Shown piece by piece: positions 9,872 to 20,193 of a stretch of 64,000 nucleotides of DNA. Position numbers and translations under genes: made by a program. Below the pieces are notes generated by a model. The model was not told the origin of the DNA. It worked only from the letters and a program-made list of their open reading frames with translations, and did no database searches. Source of the DNA: an uncultured Eubacteriales bacterium (lineage in GTDB: Bacteria > Bacillota > Clostridia > Monoglobales > Monoglobaceae); contig CAJKEB010000004.1 in the NCBI GenBank assembly GCA_905198865.1, positions 2,117-66,116 of the forward strand, read 5' to 3'. Each line of letters opens with the position of its first letter. Positions within the stretch are counted from its first letter, which is position 1.

Positions 9872-10663
9872 TTAAAGTGAGTCATGTGATTTTTCAACCA
9901 CTTCATCTATATTTATGTCAGCGTTATCACCGCTTTTGGTAATATACATAAGGTATTCAATATTACCTTCAGGACCTTTTATCGGTGAATAATCAAGTCC
10001 TCTGACCTTGAAGCCTGTTTCTTTGGTAAATTCCAGAACGTTTGAAATAACTTCTTTGTGTATATTAATATCACGGACTACTCCTTTTTTGCCGACATTC
10101 TCTTTTCCTGCTTCAAACTGCGGCTTAATCAAACAGACAGCGCTGCCGTTTTCCTTTAGTAAATCAAAAGCGGGCGGCAGAATAAGCTTAAGCGATATAA
10201 AAGATACATCAACCGAGAAGAAATCTATAGCATCTGTAACCTGCTCATTTGTTACATGCCTGAAATTGGTTCGTTCCAGGTTTACAACCCTTTCGTCAGT
10301 GCGAAGCTTCCATGCAAGCTGACCGTAGCCAACATCAATCGAATAAACTTTTACGGCTCCGTTTTGAAGCATACAATCCGTAAACCCTCCGGTTGACGCG
10401 CCGATATCCATACAAATCTTTCCGCTGAGTGATATAGGAAATTTCTTTATTGCTTTTTCAAGTTTAAGACCGCCGCGGCTGACGTATTTCAATCCTTTGC
10501 TTCTGACTTCTATTTTTTCGGTTCCCTTAATCTGTTCACCGGCTTTGGACGCTTTTTGATTGTCAATATATACTTCGCCTGCCATGATTAATGACTGAGC
10601 TTTGCTCCGCGTTTCAACAAAACCGTTTTCAACCAAATAATTATCTAATCTTTGTTTAGCCAT
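9872..10663 (-). CDS. tlyA: TlyA family rRNA methyltransferase
   Basis: S4 domain, YVSRGGLKL, DIGASTGGFTD, DVSFISL, KPQFE. Confidence 0.95.
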   Translation of the reverse strand: MAKQRLDNYLVENGFVETRSKAQSLIMAGEVYIDNQKASKAGEQIKGTEKIEVRSKGLKYVSRGGLKLEKAIKKFPISLSGKICMDIGASTGGFTDCMLQNGAVKVYSIDVGYGQLAWKLRTDERVVNLERTNFRHVTNEQVTDAIDFFSVDVSFISLKLILPPAFDLLKENGSAVCLIKPQFEAGKENVGKKGVVRDINIHKEVISNVLEFTKETGFKVRGLDYSPIKGPEGNIEYLMYITKSGDNADINIDEVVEKSHDSL

Positions 10664-10704
10664 AACAATTACTATCCTGTATTACTCTGTAACTTATTTT
10701 CGTA

Positions 10705-12606
10705 TCATTCATCTGTTTCTTCAATTTCGTGCAGTTTTATTTTAATTCTTTCAGCAATGCTTTCTGAGTCCATACCGTATTTCTTTTCGATTTCAGGTAT
10801 ACTTCCGGATACAACGGGAACATCGGCGTATGCAAATCTCAAAATATCTCTGCCAAGGAGAGCTTCAAGCTGCTGACCAAAGCCGCCTGTATCAACGTTG
10901 TTTTCTATAGTCACAATAATTTTTGCATTGTCACACTCACGTCTTATGATATTAATATCAATAGGTTTAATAACAACTGTGTCAATAAGGCACGTGGTAA
11001 TTCCACTTGAATTTAAAATATCACATACCCCAACAGCATTTTTTAGCATAACGCCTGTAGAAATAATAGCTGCATCGCATTTATTATTTCCGGGTTTAAT
11101 TACCCTTGACTTCAGACAATCAGCATCATTTAATAATTTTATATTAACTCCACTAAACTCATCGGCGCTGAGCGCAGCTCCCCGGGGATATCTTATTGCA
11201 ACAGGTCCGGAGATATGATTTACAGCATACTCAAGCATAGCGCTTAAGTCGCTGTCAATTGCGGGTGATAATATAGTCATGTTTGGTATATGAGACAAAT
11301 ATGAAATGTCATATACACCCTGATGTGTTTCTCCATCCTCACCTACAGGACCCGAACGGTCAACAGCAAATATAACATGAAGATTTTGCAGAGCAACATC
11401 ATGCAGTATTTGGTCATATGCACGCTGTAAAAATGTCGAGTAAACCGCAAAAACAGGAATATAACCTGTCTTTGCCAAGCCGGCGGAAAATGTAACCGCA
11501 TGCTGCTCGGCAATACCAACATCAAAGAAGCGGTTTGGATACATATCTGCAAACTTATATAGACCGGTGCCGTCCGGCATCGCCGCAGTAACAGCGACAA
11601 CTTTGCCGCTGCGTTTGCCAAGCTCCAGCATACAATTACCGAAGTGCTCCGACCAGCTTATATTTTGCTGCTTTTTCAGTATCTTACCGGTCTTAGGGTC
11701 AAAACTGCCTACTCCGTGAAAGAGCCACGGGAATTTTTCCGCAGGCGGATAACCTTTGCCTTTTTTGGTATAAATATGTATAAATATAGGTCTGTCAAAT
11801 TTTTTTGTATGATTAAGAACGGTCAGCAATTCTTCAAAATTATGACCGTCAACAGGACCCATATATTTATAACCGATACCTTCAAAAAAGCTGTCGTTTT
11901 CGATTACAATCTTTTTAATATCATTTTTTACACGGGATAAACCCTTTTTTGTTGGCACACCGACAACAGGGATATTATCCAGTGCGAGCTTTACATCGTT
12001 TTTTAATTTTAAATACTTGTTGGCATTCCTGAGATGCTTAAGAGCCTTTGACATTCCGCCGACATTTTTTGAAATTGACATATCATTGTCGTTTAATATA
12101 ACAATTAAATTCTTTGTATTATGTCCGGCATGATTAAGCGCTTCAAAAGCCATACCGCCGGTCATTGCGCCGTCGCCGATAACAGCAATAGTCTTTCCGT
12201 TTATTCCGCTCAGCTCCTTACCCTTGGCAATTCCTGCTGCGGCAGATACCGACGTTGAACTGTGACCGGTATTGAATGAATCGGATTCATCCTCCTCTGT
12301 TTTTGGGAAACCGCTTATACCGTCCATCTTTCTGAGGGTTGAAAACTTGTCTTTTCGCCCTGTTAAAATCTTATGTGTATAGCATTGATGCCCGACGTCC
12401 CAGATGACGGAATCGTTTTCGCTCAAATCAAACACTTTGTGAAGAGCCAAAGTTAACTCCACAACCCCTAAGTTGGAAGCAAGATGACCGCCGGTTTTGG
12501 AAATACTCTGAACCAAAAAAGACCTGATTTCACTCGCAAGTAATTCAAGCTGATTATTATTCAATTTTTTTAAGTCGTTATCGTTTGTTATATTATCAAG
12601 CAGCAC
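10705..12606 (-). CDS. dxs: 1-deoxy-D-xylulose-5-phosphate synthase
   Basis: GGHLASNLG, DVGHQ, GHSSTS, GDGAMTGG, IAEQH, DGETHQG; GTG start. Confidence 0.96.
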   Translation of the reverse strand: MLLDNITNDNDLKKLNNNQLELLASEIRSFLVQSISKTGGHLASNLGVVELTLALHKVFDLSENDSVIWDVGHQCYTHKILTGRKDKFSTLRKMDGISGFPKTEEDESDSFNTGHSSTSVSAAAGIAKGKELSGINGKTIAVIGDGAMTGGMAFEALNHAGHNTKNLIVILNDNDMSISKNVGGMSKALKHLRNANKYLKLKNDVKLALDNIPVVGVPTKKGLSRVKNDIKKIVIENDSFFEGIGYKYMGPVDGHNFEELLTVLNHTKKFDRPIFIHIYTKKGKGYPPAEKFPWLFHGVGSFDPKTGKILKKQQNISWSEHFGNCMLELGKRSGKVVAVTAAMPDGTGLYKFADMYPNRFFDVGIAEQHAVTFSAGLAKTGYIPVFAVYSTFLQRAYDQILHDVALQNLHVIFAVDRSGPVGEDGETHQGVYDISYLSHIPNMTILSPAIDSDLSAMLEYAVNHISGPVAIRYPRGAALSADEFSGVNIKLLNDADCLKSRVIKPGNNKCDAAIISTGVMLKNAVGVCDILNSSGITTCLIDTVVIKPIDINIIRRECDNAKIIVTIENNVDTGGFGQQLEALLGRDILRFAYADVPVVSGSIPEIEKKYGMDSESIAERIKIKLHEIEETDE

Positions 12607-12745
12607 TTCAAATTCCCCAAATTATAGACTTCATTTATCACAATCACATTTTAAAGTATTCATTTTTATATTAATTAAACCAGCTATATTTTAACTGATA
12701 TAAAAATGAATAATCTTGCGTTATATAATATTCTCAAAATTCACA

Positions 12746-12790
12746 AAGAGGTTTATCGGAAATCGTTATAGGCGAAAACCGATAAACCCT
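12746..12790 (-). terminator. Intrinsic terminator after the hisZG-hisA-hisIE-VOC operon
   Basis: GGTTTATCGG...CCGATAAACC stem, short U tail on the minus strand. Confidence 0.6.
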
Positions 12791-12810
12791 ATGTATGTTT
12801 TGAAAAATTA

Positions 12811-13185
12811 TTACAGCGGTGAAGGTCTGTTAATTAAATGCAGAACATTGCCGTCCGGATCTTCAAAGAACATTGTTCCGATTCCTTTGGCGCTTACAGC
12901 AGCGTCAACAAGAACCTTTACACCAGCGTCCTTGAGCTTCTTAACCATACCGTCAAAATCCGAAACAGAAATTGCGATATGACGAATTCCTGTAGCCTTC
13001 ATATCAGGCTTTCCGCCGTCGATTTCCGTCTTGCAGAACTCAATCATTCCCCCATCGTCCGCTTTAAGGAAAAACGTTCCCTTGCCGTTGTCATATACTA
13101 CCTTCCAACCAAACATTTCGATATACCAATCTTTGAGTGCGGCAGTATCATTTGAAAAAATACCAACATGTTCAATTCCAACCAT
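12811..13185 (-). CDS. VOC/glyoxalase family protein
   Basis: IEHVGI, MIEF, GIRHIAISV, FFEDPDGN. Confidence 0.85.
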   Translation of the reverse strand: MVGIEHVGIFSNDTAALKDWYIEMFGWKVVYDNGKGTFFLKADDGGMIEFCKTEIDGGKPDMKATGIRHIAISVSDFDGMVKKLKDAGVKVLVDAAVSAKGIGTMFFEDPDGNVLHLINRPSPL

Positions 13186-13220
13186 TTTTACATTTCCTCC
13201 TTTGTTTAAAATTAAATATA

Positions 13221-13859
13221 TTATTTATATCTTTTTTGCAGCTCAACAAAAATATCGTCCCAAGTAAGACCTTGCTCCACAAGAACAACTGAAAGGTGAT
13301 ACAATAAATCAGCAGTCTCATACTGAACCTCTGACTTAACGTAGTTTTTCGACGCAATAATAACCTCAGAGGCTTCCTCTCCTACTTTTTTGAGCATTTT
13401 GTCTATACCTTTTTCAAAAAGATAATTGGTATAGGAACCCTCTTTCGGATTTTTAACGCGGTCAACTATTACATTATATACATCATATAAGATTCCCGGC
13501 TTTGCGCTAATTCCGGTAGGTATTTCAACAAGCTTTCCGTCAACAATCTGTCTGAAAAAGCAGGAGTGATTATTGGTATGACAAGCATTACCTGTCTGTC
13601 TGACCTTAACAACAATTGCATCCTGGTCGCAGTCAACATACATACTTACGACATCCTGATAGTTGCCGCTTGTTGCTCCTTTTTCCCAAAGCTCGTTGCG
13701 GCTGCGGCTGTAGTATGTAGCGTGTCCGGTCTCTATCGTAGCTCTTATACTTTCCTCGTTCATATAAGCGAGCATAAGAACTTCGCCGCTGACTGAATCC
13801 TGAGCAACAGCAGGTATTAAACCTTTTTCGTCAAATTTTAAGTCTTTTAGAAATTCCAT
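13221..13859 (-). CDS. hisIE: Bifunctional phosphoribosyl-AMP cyclohydrolase / phosphoribosyl-ATP pyrophosphatase
   Basis: [44 protein letters not shown]. Confidence 0.96.
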   Translation of the reverse strand: MEFLKDLKFDEKGLIPAVAQDSVSGEVLMLAYMNEESIRATIETGHATYYSRSRNELWEKGATSGNYQDVVSMYVDCDQDAIVVKVRQTGNACHTNNHSCFFRQIVDGKLVEIPTGISAKPGILYDVYNVIVDRVKNPKEGSYTNYLFEKGIDKMLKKVGEEASEVIIASKNYVKSEVQYETADLLYHLSVVLVEQGLTWDDIFVELQKRYK

Positions 13860-13864
13860 GATTA

Positions 13865-14578
13865 TTATCTTCCTTTCAAAATCGCTTCTTTTAAGTCAAT
13901 ATTGTTTGTGTACAGCGCTTTGCCTATTATTGCACCGTGGGCGCCGATTTCGGCAAGCTTCTCGACGTCGTCTAAGCTTGTGACTCCGCCGGAGGCAATT
14001 ATGTCAACATTTACGTGGTCAATCATTTGCTTCATTGCCGAAATATTTGGTCCCATAAGCATACCATCAGTAGCAATATCAGTATAAATTATGTATTTAA
14101 CGCCCATTTGTTCCATTTGCTTAGCAAAATCAAGTGCGGAAACATTACTTACGTCTTCCCAGCCGCTTACCGCAACCATTCCATCCTTTGCGTCAATACC
14201 GACAGCTATTCTGCTTCCGTACTTTTCCACAGCCTCGTTGACAAGTTCGGGGCATCTGAGTGCTGAAGTTCCGAGAATAACTCTCTCTATCCCGGCTCCT
14301 AAATACTTGTCGATACAATTCATATCGCGTATTCCGCCGCCCACTTCAATCGGAACAGATACTGAAGATGCAATGTTTGAAATCAGCTCAAAATTCGGCA
14401 TATCACCGGACTTTGCGCCGTCCAGATCTACAACATGGATAAATTCACAGCCAAGGCTTTCCCATTTCTTCGCAACATCAACAGGATTTTCGGCATATGT
14501 CGTTTTTTGGGAATAATCACCTTTTACCAATCTCACACATTTTCCGCCAATAATGTCAATAGCAGGGTAAATTCTCAT
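13865..14578 (-). CDS. hisA: ProFAR isomerase HisA
   Basis: [38 protein letters not shown]. Confidence 0.96.
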   Translation of the reverse strand: MRIYPAIDIIGGKCVRLVKGDYSQKTTYAENPVDVAKKWESLGCEFIHVVDLDGAKSGDMPNFELISNIASSVSVPIEVGGGIRDMNCIDKYLGAGIERVILGTSALRCPELVNEAVEKYGSRIAVGIDAKDGMVAVSGWEDVSNVSALDFAKQMEQMGVKYIIYTDIATDGMLMGPNISAMKQMIDHVNVDIIASGGVTSLDDVEKLAEIGAHGAIIGKALYTNNIDLKEAILKGR

Positions 14579-14579
14579 A

Positions 14580-16229
14580 TTAAATTTCCCCTTTCATCTT
14601 TTCGATAATATTGATAATCTTGTCACGCTTGAGCTTCATACTTACACGGTTTACGACAAGTCTTGCGCTGAGCTCACATATATCTTCAAGCACATCAAGA
14701 CCGTTTTCTTTGAGAGTTTTTCCGCTCTCGACTATATCAACTATTACTTCCGACAAACCGACAAGCGGGCCCAACTCAACCGAGCCGTTAAGCTTGATAA
14801 TATCAACGGTCTGTCCCTTTACCTTATGGAAATATTCGCGTGCTATACGCGGGTATTTGCTTGCAACTCGCATGATATTCTGACCGTCAAGTTTATCCTT
14901 CATTTCTATAGGACCGGCAACTGCCATTTTGCATTTTCCAAAACCCAAATCCAGAACTTCATACAGATTTTTGTTGCTTTCCATCAAAGTATCCTTACCT
15001 ACTATTCCAATATCCGCAGCGCCGTATTCAACATATGTAGGAACGTCAGATGCCTTTACAAGAATAAACTTGATTTTATTCTTTTCATCTGTGAATATTA
15101 GCCTTCTTGTTTTGGTCTTCAGAGCGGCAACATCATAACCAGTCTTTTCGAAAATATCGACAGAGAGTTCGGCAAGTCTGCCCTTTGCCAGTGCAACGGT
15201 TACATATTCGCTGTTTTGAGAATTTTTTTCCTGATCGCTCTTTTCATCGCTTAAAGCAGACAACACTCTTTCAACGCCGATAGCAACACCGGTTGCGGGC
15301 AAGTCACGACCGAATTTTGCAAGAAGATTATCATATCTTCCTCCGCTGCATACGGGAAATGCAACACCGTATGTAAAACCGCGGATAATAATACCGGTAT
15401 AATAATCAATATTCTGTATCATGCCCAAATCAAAAGAAATGTGCTTATCAAGATTTTTCTCAACTAATTTTGCATATACATCCTTAAGATTTCTGAGAGC
15501 GTCCTTTGAACGAGCATTCAGATTTTCGTCCTGCATGGTATCTTCGATAATTTCTATACCGCCGAACATGGTCGGCAGACTAAGAAACATATTCTTTGTG
15601 TATTCATCAATATTCAGTCCGTCAAGCACGGATTGAACAGCAATAAAATCTTTGTCATTTATATGAGTACGAACAGCATCAATTTCTTCTTCGGATAAAC
15701 CGGCCTGTTCCGCCAATCCTTTAAAAAACTCAACCTGTCCCAAATCAATTTTAAAGTTTTTAAGTCCGGACTTGCGCAATACATCAATAGCAATTTCGAT
15801 TATTTCAACATCTGCATCGGAGCTTTTGTCTCCAATAAGCTCAACTCCGACCTGCGTAAATTCACGCTGCCGCGTCTGGCTGAAATTCTCTTCATTTCTG
15901 AAAGCGCTTCCGCAGTACGCAATTCTTGCAGGCAAATCCTTGTCCGAAGACTTTGTCGCTGCCATACGCGCAACTGAAGTTGTGAGATCAGGACGCAGAG
16001 CAAGCATTCTTCCGTTTGTATCAAAGAACTTAAACATATGTTCAGCTTGTGTAGGAGTAGAAACACTGTATACGTCAAAATATTCAAACGTAGGCGTTTG
16101 AACCATTCTGTATCCGTGTTCCCTGAATACCTGACGAGCAGTAGACTCAACAAAATATTTTGTTTCACATTCATCACACAAAACATCTGTCAAACCATCG
16201 GGCGTATGCGTAATCCTTCCCAAATTCAA
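14580..16229 (-). CDS. hisZG: HisZ-HisG(short) fusion: ATP phosphoribosyltransferase regulatory and catalytic subunits in one ORF
   Basis: N-part is HisZ ([32 protein letters not shown]). C-part is HisGs ([44 protein letters not shown]). Start is uncertain (TTG 16229 after GGATGTGA, or ATG 16244). Confidence 0.9.
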   Translation of the reverse strand: MNLGRITHTPDGLTDVLCDECETKYFVESTARQVFREHGYRMVQTPTFEYFDVYSVSTPTQAEHMFKFFDTNGRMLALRPDLTTSVARMAATKSSDKDLPARIAYCGSAFRNEENFSQTRQREFTQVGVELIGDKSSDADVEIIEIAIDVLRKSGLKNFKIDLGQVEFFKGLAEQAGLSEEEIDAVRTHINDKDFIAVQSVLDGLNIDEYTKNMFLSLPTMFGGIEIIEDTMQDENLNARSKDALRNLKDVYAKLVEKNLDKHISFDLGMIQNIDYYTGIIIRGFTYGVAFPVCSGGRYDNLLAKFGRDLPATGVAIGVERVLSALSDEKSDQEKNSQNSEYVTVALAKGRLAELSVDIFEKTGYDVAALKTKTRRLIFTDEKNKIKFILVKASDVPTYVEYGAADIGIVGKDTLMESNKNLYEVLDLGFGKCKMAVAGPIEMKDKLDGQNIMRVASKYPRIAREYFHKVKGQTVDIIKLNGSVELGPLVGLSEVIVDIVESGKTLKENGLDVLEDICELSARLVVNRVSMKLKRDKIINIIEKMKGEI

Positions 16230-16288
16230 ATAAATCACATCCATAACTTTCTTAACATTTACAAATTTAATAAAATTGCATGACAAAT

Positions 16289-16318
16289 ATTATACCACTA
16301 ATATAACACACAAGTCAA
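16289..16318 (-). promoter_or_regulatory. SigA promoter of hisZG
   Basis: TTGACT-18-TATAAT with TGn extension; the leader is short, so no room for a T-box. Confidence 0.6.
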
Positions 16319-16347
16319 TAATTTTTACCTAAATAATTACAATAAAA

Positions 16348-16554
16348 TTATATTACGCTATAGCCCAAATCTTGAATTACATTTTTGAAAATCTCTTCAT
16401 TGGTATGTTCTTCGTCATATTCAACCGTTGCTGTCGCTTTTTCGAGGCTGACATCAACGCTCATTACGCCGTCAAGCGCAGTTAAAGCCTTTTGGACAGA
16501 TGCGGTGCAATGATTGCAACTCATTCCGTCAATTTTAATTTCATACTTTTGCAT
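16348..16554 (-). CDS. copZ: CopZ-like heavy-metal chaperone
   Basis: GMSCNHC HMA motif, 68 aa. Confidence 0.88.
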   Translation of the reverse strand: MQKYEIKIDGMSCNHCTASVQKALTALDGVMSVDVSLEKATATVEYDEEHTNEEIFKNVIQDLGYSVI

Positions 16555-16574
16555 AAAAAACCTCTTTCATATAA

Positions 16575-16608
16575 CAAAATAAGGACAAGAAACCTCGCCC
16601 TTATTTTG
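16575..16608 (-). terminator. Intrinsic terminator after mtrB-pyk-thioesterase
   Basis: Minus strand AAAATAAGGGCGAG-loop-CTTGTCCTTATTTT; pairs fully when G-U is allowed. Confidence 0.65.
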
Positions 16609-16652
16609 TGAAAACAGCTGATTTTTATACATTAAGCAAATATTACTGTATG

Positions 16653-17066
16653 CTAATCTTCGAGAAGACCTTCCAAAACGCTATATATCTCAGGGTGTCT
16701 CTTTTTCAGGTTTATAGGTTTGAAATCCTTGTCTGTAAAACCGTGAGTTGTATATCCCACGGCAAGTAAAACATTATCTTCACAGCGTACTACGTTATAT
16801 TCAAATCTGCATTTTGCAACGCCGAGCTGTTTTAAAGAGACTTCAATCCAGATATCGTCCTGATATCTTGCGCCTTTAATAAACTTTGAATAGCAATCAA
16901 GAAGCGGCAGTAAAACGCCTTTTTCCTCAACCTCCCGATATGACATACCCGTGGTTTTGAAGAATTCGGTACGGCCGACTTCAAACCACGGAAAGTATCT
17001 TGAATGATGTACAACGCCCATACTGTCAGTTTCCGAATACCGTACGGTCAGTTTAGTTCTGAACAA
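16653..17066 (-). CDS. Acyl-CoA thioesterase (YbgC/4HBT family)
   Basis: VRYSETDSMGVVHHSRY..WFEVGR. Confidence 0.9.
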   Translation of the reverse strand: MFRTKLTVRYSETDSMGVVHHSRYFPWFEVGRTEFFKTTGMSYREVEEKGVLLPLLDCYSKFIKGARYQDDIWIEVSLKQLGVAKCRFEYNVVRCEDNVLLAVGYTTHGFTDKDFKPINLKKRHPEIYSVLEGLLED

Positions 17067-17142
17067 AGCAGTTCACCTCTTTTGCATGATTCTTAAAGCG
17101 CTGCAATTCAACGATTTAAGCGGAATACTGATTCTTAATCAG

Positions 17143-18903
17143 TTATATAATTTTAGCAACGCCCGAATAAACCTGACCGCGTGAACCGTCAATGGTAACT
17201 GTTGTGCCGTTTTTCAGGATCTTGGTTGCATTCTCAACTCCTACGATTACAGGAATATCAAGAGTCATACCGACAATAGCCGCATGTGATGTTGAGCCTG
17301 AAGTCTCAGTGATAATAGCCGACGCCTTCTTGAGCAGTGATATAATCGAGTTTGAAGTTTCAGGGATAACGAGAATATCTCCGTCTTCAAAGTATCTAAG
17401 AGCCTCATTGTTGTTGGAAGCAACACAAATCTTACCGCTGATAGACTTATTCGAAAAGCTTTGACCAGAAGCGAGTACATCACCGACAAGCTGTACTTTC
17501 AGAATATTGGTAGTTCCGCTTACGCCGACCGGCGCTCCGCCGGTTAATACAACAACATCTCCCTTATTGACTATTTCTGTTTCTTCAAGAGCACGGCTGA
17601 CTGCATGCTCGAACAATTCATCACTTGTTTCCTTAACATCTGTCATTATAGGAGTTACGCCCCACGAAAGATTAAGCTGGCGGCAGACCTTCTTGTTTAA
17701 TGCCCCTGCAATAATAGGACATTTAGGTCTGTAAGCCGAAATCTGCCTCGGTGTGTAACCCGATTGGGTAACAGTGATTATAGCTGCGGCTCCAATATCA
17801 TGTGCGGTTGTACATGACGAGTGACTGATAGCATTCGATACGCTTGTTGTCTGGTTAAGATGCAGATTTTCAAAGCGTTTGACATAATCAATGTTTTCTT
17901 CTGTTTTTGTACATATCTGAGCCATAGTCTTAAGCGCCAGAACAGGATACTCACCGACAGCGGTTTCTCCGGACAGCATTACCGCTGATGTGCCATCGTA
18001 TACCGCATTTGCAACGTCAGAAATTTCGGCACGCGTCGGACGCGGATTGTGAGTTATGCTTTCAAGCATCTGCGTTGCAGTGATAACCTTCTTGCCTTCG
18101 GTATAACACTGTTTAATAAGCTTTTTTTGTATAGCCGGAAGTTCATCAAAAGAAATTTCAACGCCCATGTCGCCTCTGGCAACCATTATGCCTTCGCTGA
18201 CTTTCAAAATGGCTTCAATATTGTCAACGCCCTGGCGGTTTTCTATCTTTGAAATAATCTGTATCTTTTCTCCGCCGTTCTGTTCAAGAACGCGTTTAAT
18301 ATCCAAAACGTCAAAAGCTGTACGTACAAACGAAGCAGCAATAAAGTCAACATCGTTTTTAATGCCGAATTTTATATCGTCAATGTCCTTTTGACTCATA
18401 TAATCCATACTTAGTTCAATTCCGGGGACATTTATACTCTTATGGTTGCTGACCGGACCGCCGTTTAAAACTTCACAAACAACATCGCGTCCCTCAACAC
18501 CGGTAACCTTCATTTCGATAAGACCGTCATCAATCAATATTCTTGTGCCAATATAGACATCTTTCGCCAAGTCCTTATATGTAATTGACGTTTTTGTCTT
18601 ATCTCCAACAATATTTTTGGGTGTAAGCGTGAAGGTTTGACCTGTTTCAAGCTCAACTTTGCCATCTTCAAAATCCCCCGTTCTGATTTCAGGACCTTTT
18701 GTATCAAGAAGTATAGCAACCGGCAGATTTAACTCATCTCTCATTTTCTTGACCGCGTTTATACGAACAAGATGGTCTTTATGCGTGCCGTGAGAAAAGT
18801 TAAGTCTGGCACAGTTCATTCCGTTAAGCATAAGCTGCTTTAAAACTTCAGGGTCATCGGTTGAAGGACCGAGCGTACAGATAATCTTAGTCTTTCTGTT
18901 CAT
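17143..18903 (-). CDS. pyk: Pyruvate kinase with C-terminal PEP-utiliser domain
   Basis: KTKIICTLGP, DTKGPEIR, ARGDMGVE, ATQMLES, TSHAAIVG. Confidence 0.97.
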   Translation of the reverse strand: MNRKTKIICTLGPSTDDPEVLKQLMLNGMNCARLNFSHGTHKDHLVRINAVKKMRDELNLPVAILLDTKGPEIRTGDFEDGKVELETGQTFTLTPKNIVGDKTKTSITYKDLAKDVYIGTRILIDDGLIEMKVTGVEGRDVVCEVLNGGPVSNHKSINVPGIELSMDYMSQKDIDDIKFGIKNDVDFIAASFVRTAFDVLDIKRVLEQNGGEKIQIISKIENRQGVDNIEAILKVSEGIMVARGDMGVEISFDELPAIQKKLIKQCYTEGKKVITATQMLESITHNPRPTRAEISDVANAVYDGTSAVMLSGETAVGEYPVLALKTMAQICTKTEENIDYVKRFENLHLNQTTSVSNAISHSSCTTAHDIGAAAIITVTQSGYTPRQISAYRPKCPIIAGALNKKVCRQLNLSWGVTPIMTDVKETSDELFEHAVSRALEETEIVNKGDVVVLTGGAPVGVSGTTNILKVQLVGDVLASGQSFSNKSISGKICVASNNNEALRYFEDGDILVIPETSNSIISLLKKASAIITETSGSTSHAAIVGMTLDIPVIVGVENATKILKNGTTVTIDGSRGQVYSGVAKII

Positions 18904-18952
18904 AATTGTTTCCTCCGTATTGGCTTAAAGTCTGTAAGTAGAAATTAAAATA

Positions 18953-19177
18953 CTACTCTCCGGTAGTTATTATACCCATTTTTGTATATAATTTCGCTTT
19001 TCCTCTTATTTTTATTGCAGATGTATTTTCGGTAAATTGTGCAATATATGCTTCGCCCTTGTCGAGCTTTTCGGTATGGTGAAATCTCGTGTCCTTTCCT
19101 CTGGTTAGACCTATTATCACAACGCCGTCTTCTTCCGCAACAATAGTTACATAATCACCGTTTGCTGCTGCTTCCAT
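18953..19177 (-). CDS. mtrB: trp RNA-binding attenuation protein TRAP
   Basis: GLTRGKDTRFHHTEKLDKGE..IAQFTENTSAIKIRG; ATG 19177 after GGAGGA (74 aa). Confidence 0.93.
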   Translation of the reverse strand: MEAAANGDYVTIVAEEDGVVIIGLTRGKDTRFHHTEKLDKGEAYIAQFTENTSAIKIRGKAKLYTKMGIITTGE

Positions 19178-19226
19178 ATATATTCCTCCAATTAAAATAG
19201 TTTTACAATTATCGTTTACATATAGC

Positions 19227-19255
19227 ATTATATAATAACTCCGAAGAAAAATCAA
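19227..19255 (-). promoter_or_regulatory. SigA promoter of mtrB-pyk
   Basis: TTGATT-17-TATAAT. Confidence 0.55.
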
Positions 19256-19319
19256 GGAAAATATAAACAGTTTACATAAATAAATCAAGATTTAAATCCG
19301 GATTAAATTTGACTTAAAT

Positions 19320-20039
19320 TCAGTTTAAATCCACATATGTCCCCGGTACGTCTCCGGCAATTATGGATTCGGCTATAGGTATTTCTGTTTCTATTGAGTC
19401 ACCGCTGTTCCTGATAGGTACGTTTATGCCTATATCTATAATTATTCTTACTTTAATCAGGTGTTTGGTTTGGTTGATACCTTCTGTAACAAATTCATCG
19501 TAAAAATCGACTTTAACGTTCTCATCTGTAAGTACGCGTACTGTAATAGGTATTCCTATGCCTGAATAAAACTTGTTTGATACAAACGCCATAAGCGGTA
19601 TACTTATATCCACAGAATTAATTTGATCAATCCGGGTCTGAATTTCGTTGGTAAGCTCCGACTTCATAACATTAAGTTTGGCATAATCAACAGATAATGA
19701 CTTGACGCTCCCGTCCTGATTTGATGATTTATTTATTAAAGAATTATAACTGACATCATAGTCGCAGATCATTTCACTCACTGCTGTATTACACTCTCTG
19801 AGCACAATACTGTTTAAATTTGAAAGAGCCATGTCGTTAATGAGCGGGTTAATCCTTTTTTCAATATCGGTAATCAGATATGTTATTCCCAGAATCAAAA
19901 CAACACATACAGAAATATACTTTGCCCTTTTAAAAAAAGTTTTTCTTTTATATCTTTTCAGACCGCTTGACGTAGTACGCTTTCTCTTGTGTCCGGATAA
20001 ACCTAATCTGTATTTTAGTTTTCTGTACCAGACAAACAT
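19320..20039 (-). CDS. yunB: Sporulation protein YunB
   Basis: Basic N-terminus and TM helix, SIPL, GINQTKH, EIPIAESII.GDVP. Confidence 0.85.
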   Translation of the reverse strand: MFVWYRKLKYRLGLSGHKRKRTTSSGLKRYKRKTFFKRAKYISVCVVLILGITYLITDIEKRINPLINDMALSNLNSIVLRECNTAVSEMICDYDVSYNSLINKSSNQDGSVKSLSVDYAKLNVMKSELTNEIQTRIDQINSVDISIPLMAFVSNKFYSGIGIPITVRVLTDENVKVDFYDEFVTEGINQTKHLIKVRIIIDIGINVPIRNSGDSIETEIPIAESIIAGDVPGTYVDLN

Positions 20040-20121
20040 AAAAATCACCTAAATTATATTACGCATGTTTTTAAATTGTGTTACAAAAAGGAAAAATAGA
20101 AACAAACTTAAAAATCGGTTA

Positions 20122-20150
20122 GTGACAAAAATGTCAATATGTGATATAAT
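20122..20150 (+). promoter_or_regulatory. SigA promoter of the GH13 gene, with a TGACA-N4-TGTCA palindrome over the -35
   Basis: GTGACA-17-TATAAT with TGn; palindrome at 20123-20136. Confidence 0.5.
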
Positions 20151-20193
20151 TATAATAAGTTTTAACAAAAAGATGATTGGGAGGCATGAAGAA

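Noticed and set aside
16245..16286. ORF-track N-terminal extensions (hisZG, also mtrB, GH13, yqeG, rpsU, ntpK, ntpF)
   Set aside because: They overlap promoters or upstream genes. Downstream starts with SD sequences fit the protein families better.
20050..20085. Mother-cell sigma promoter for yunB (AC-N16-CGTAATATA)
   Set aside because: Mismatch in the core CATA; too weak to call.
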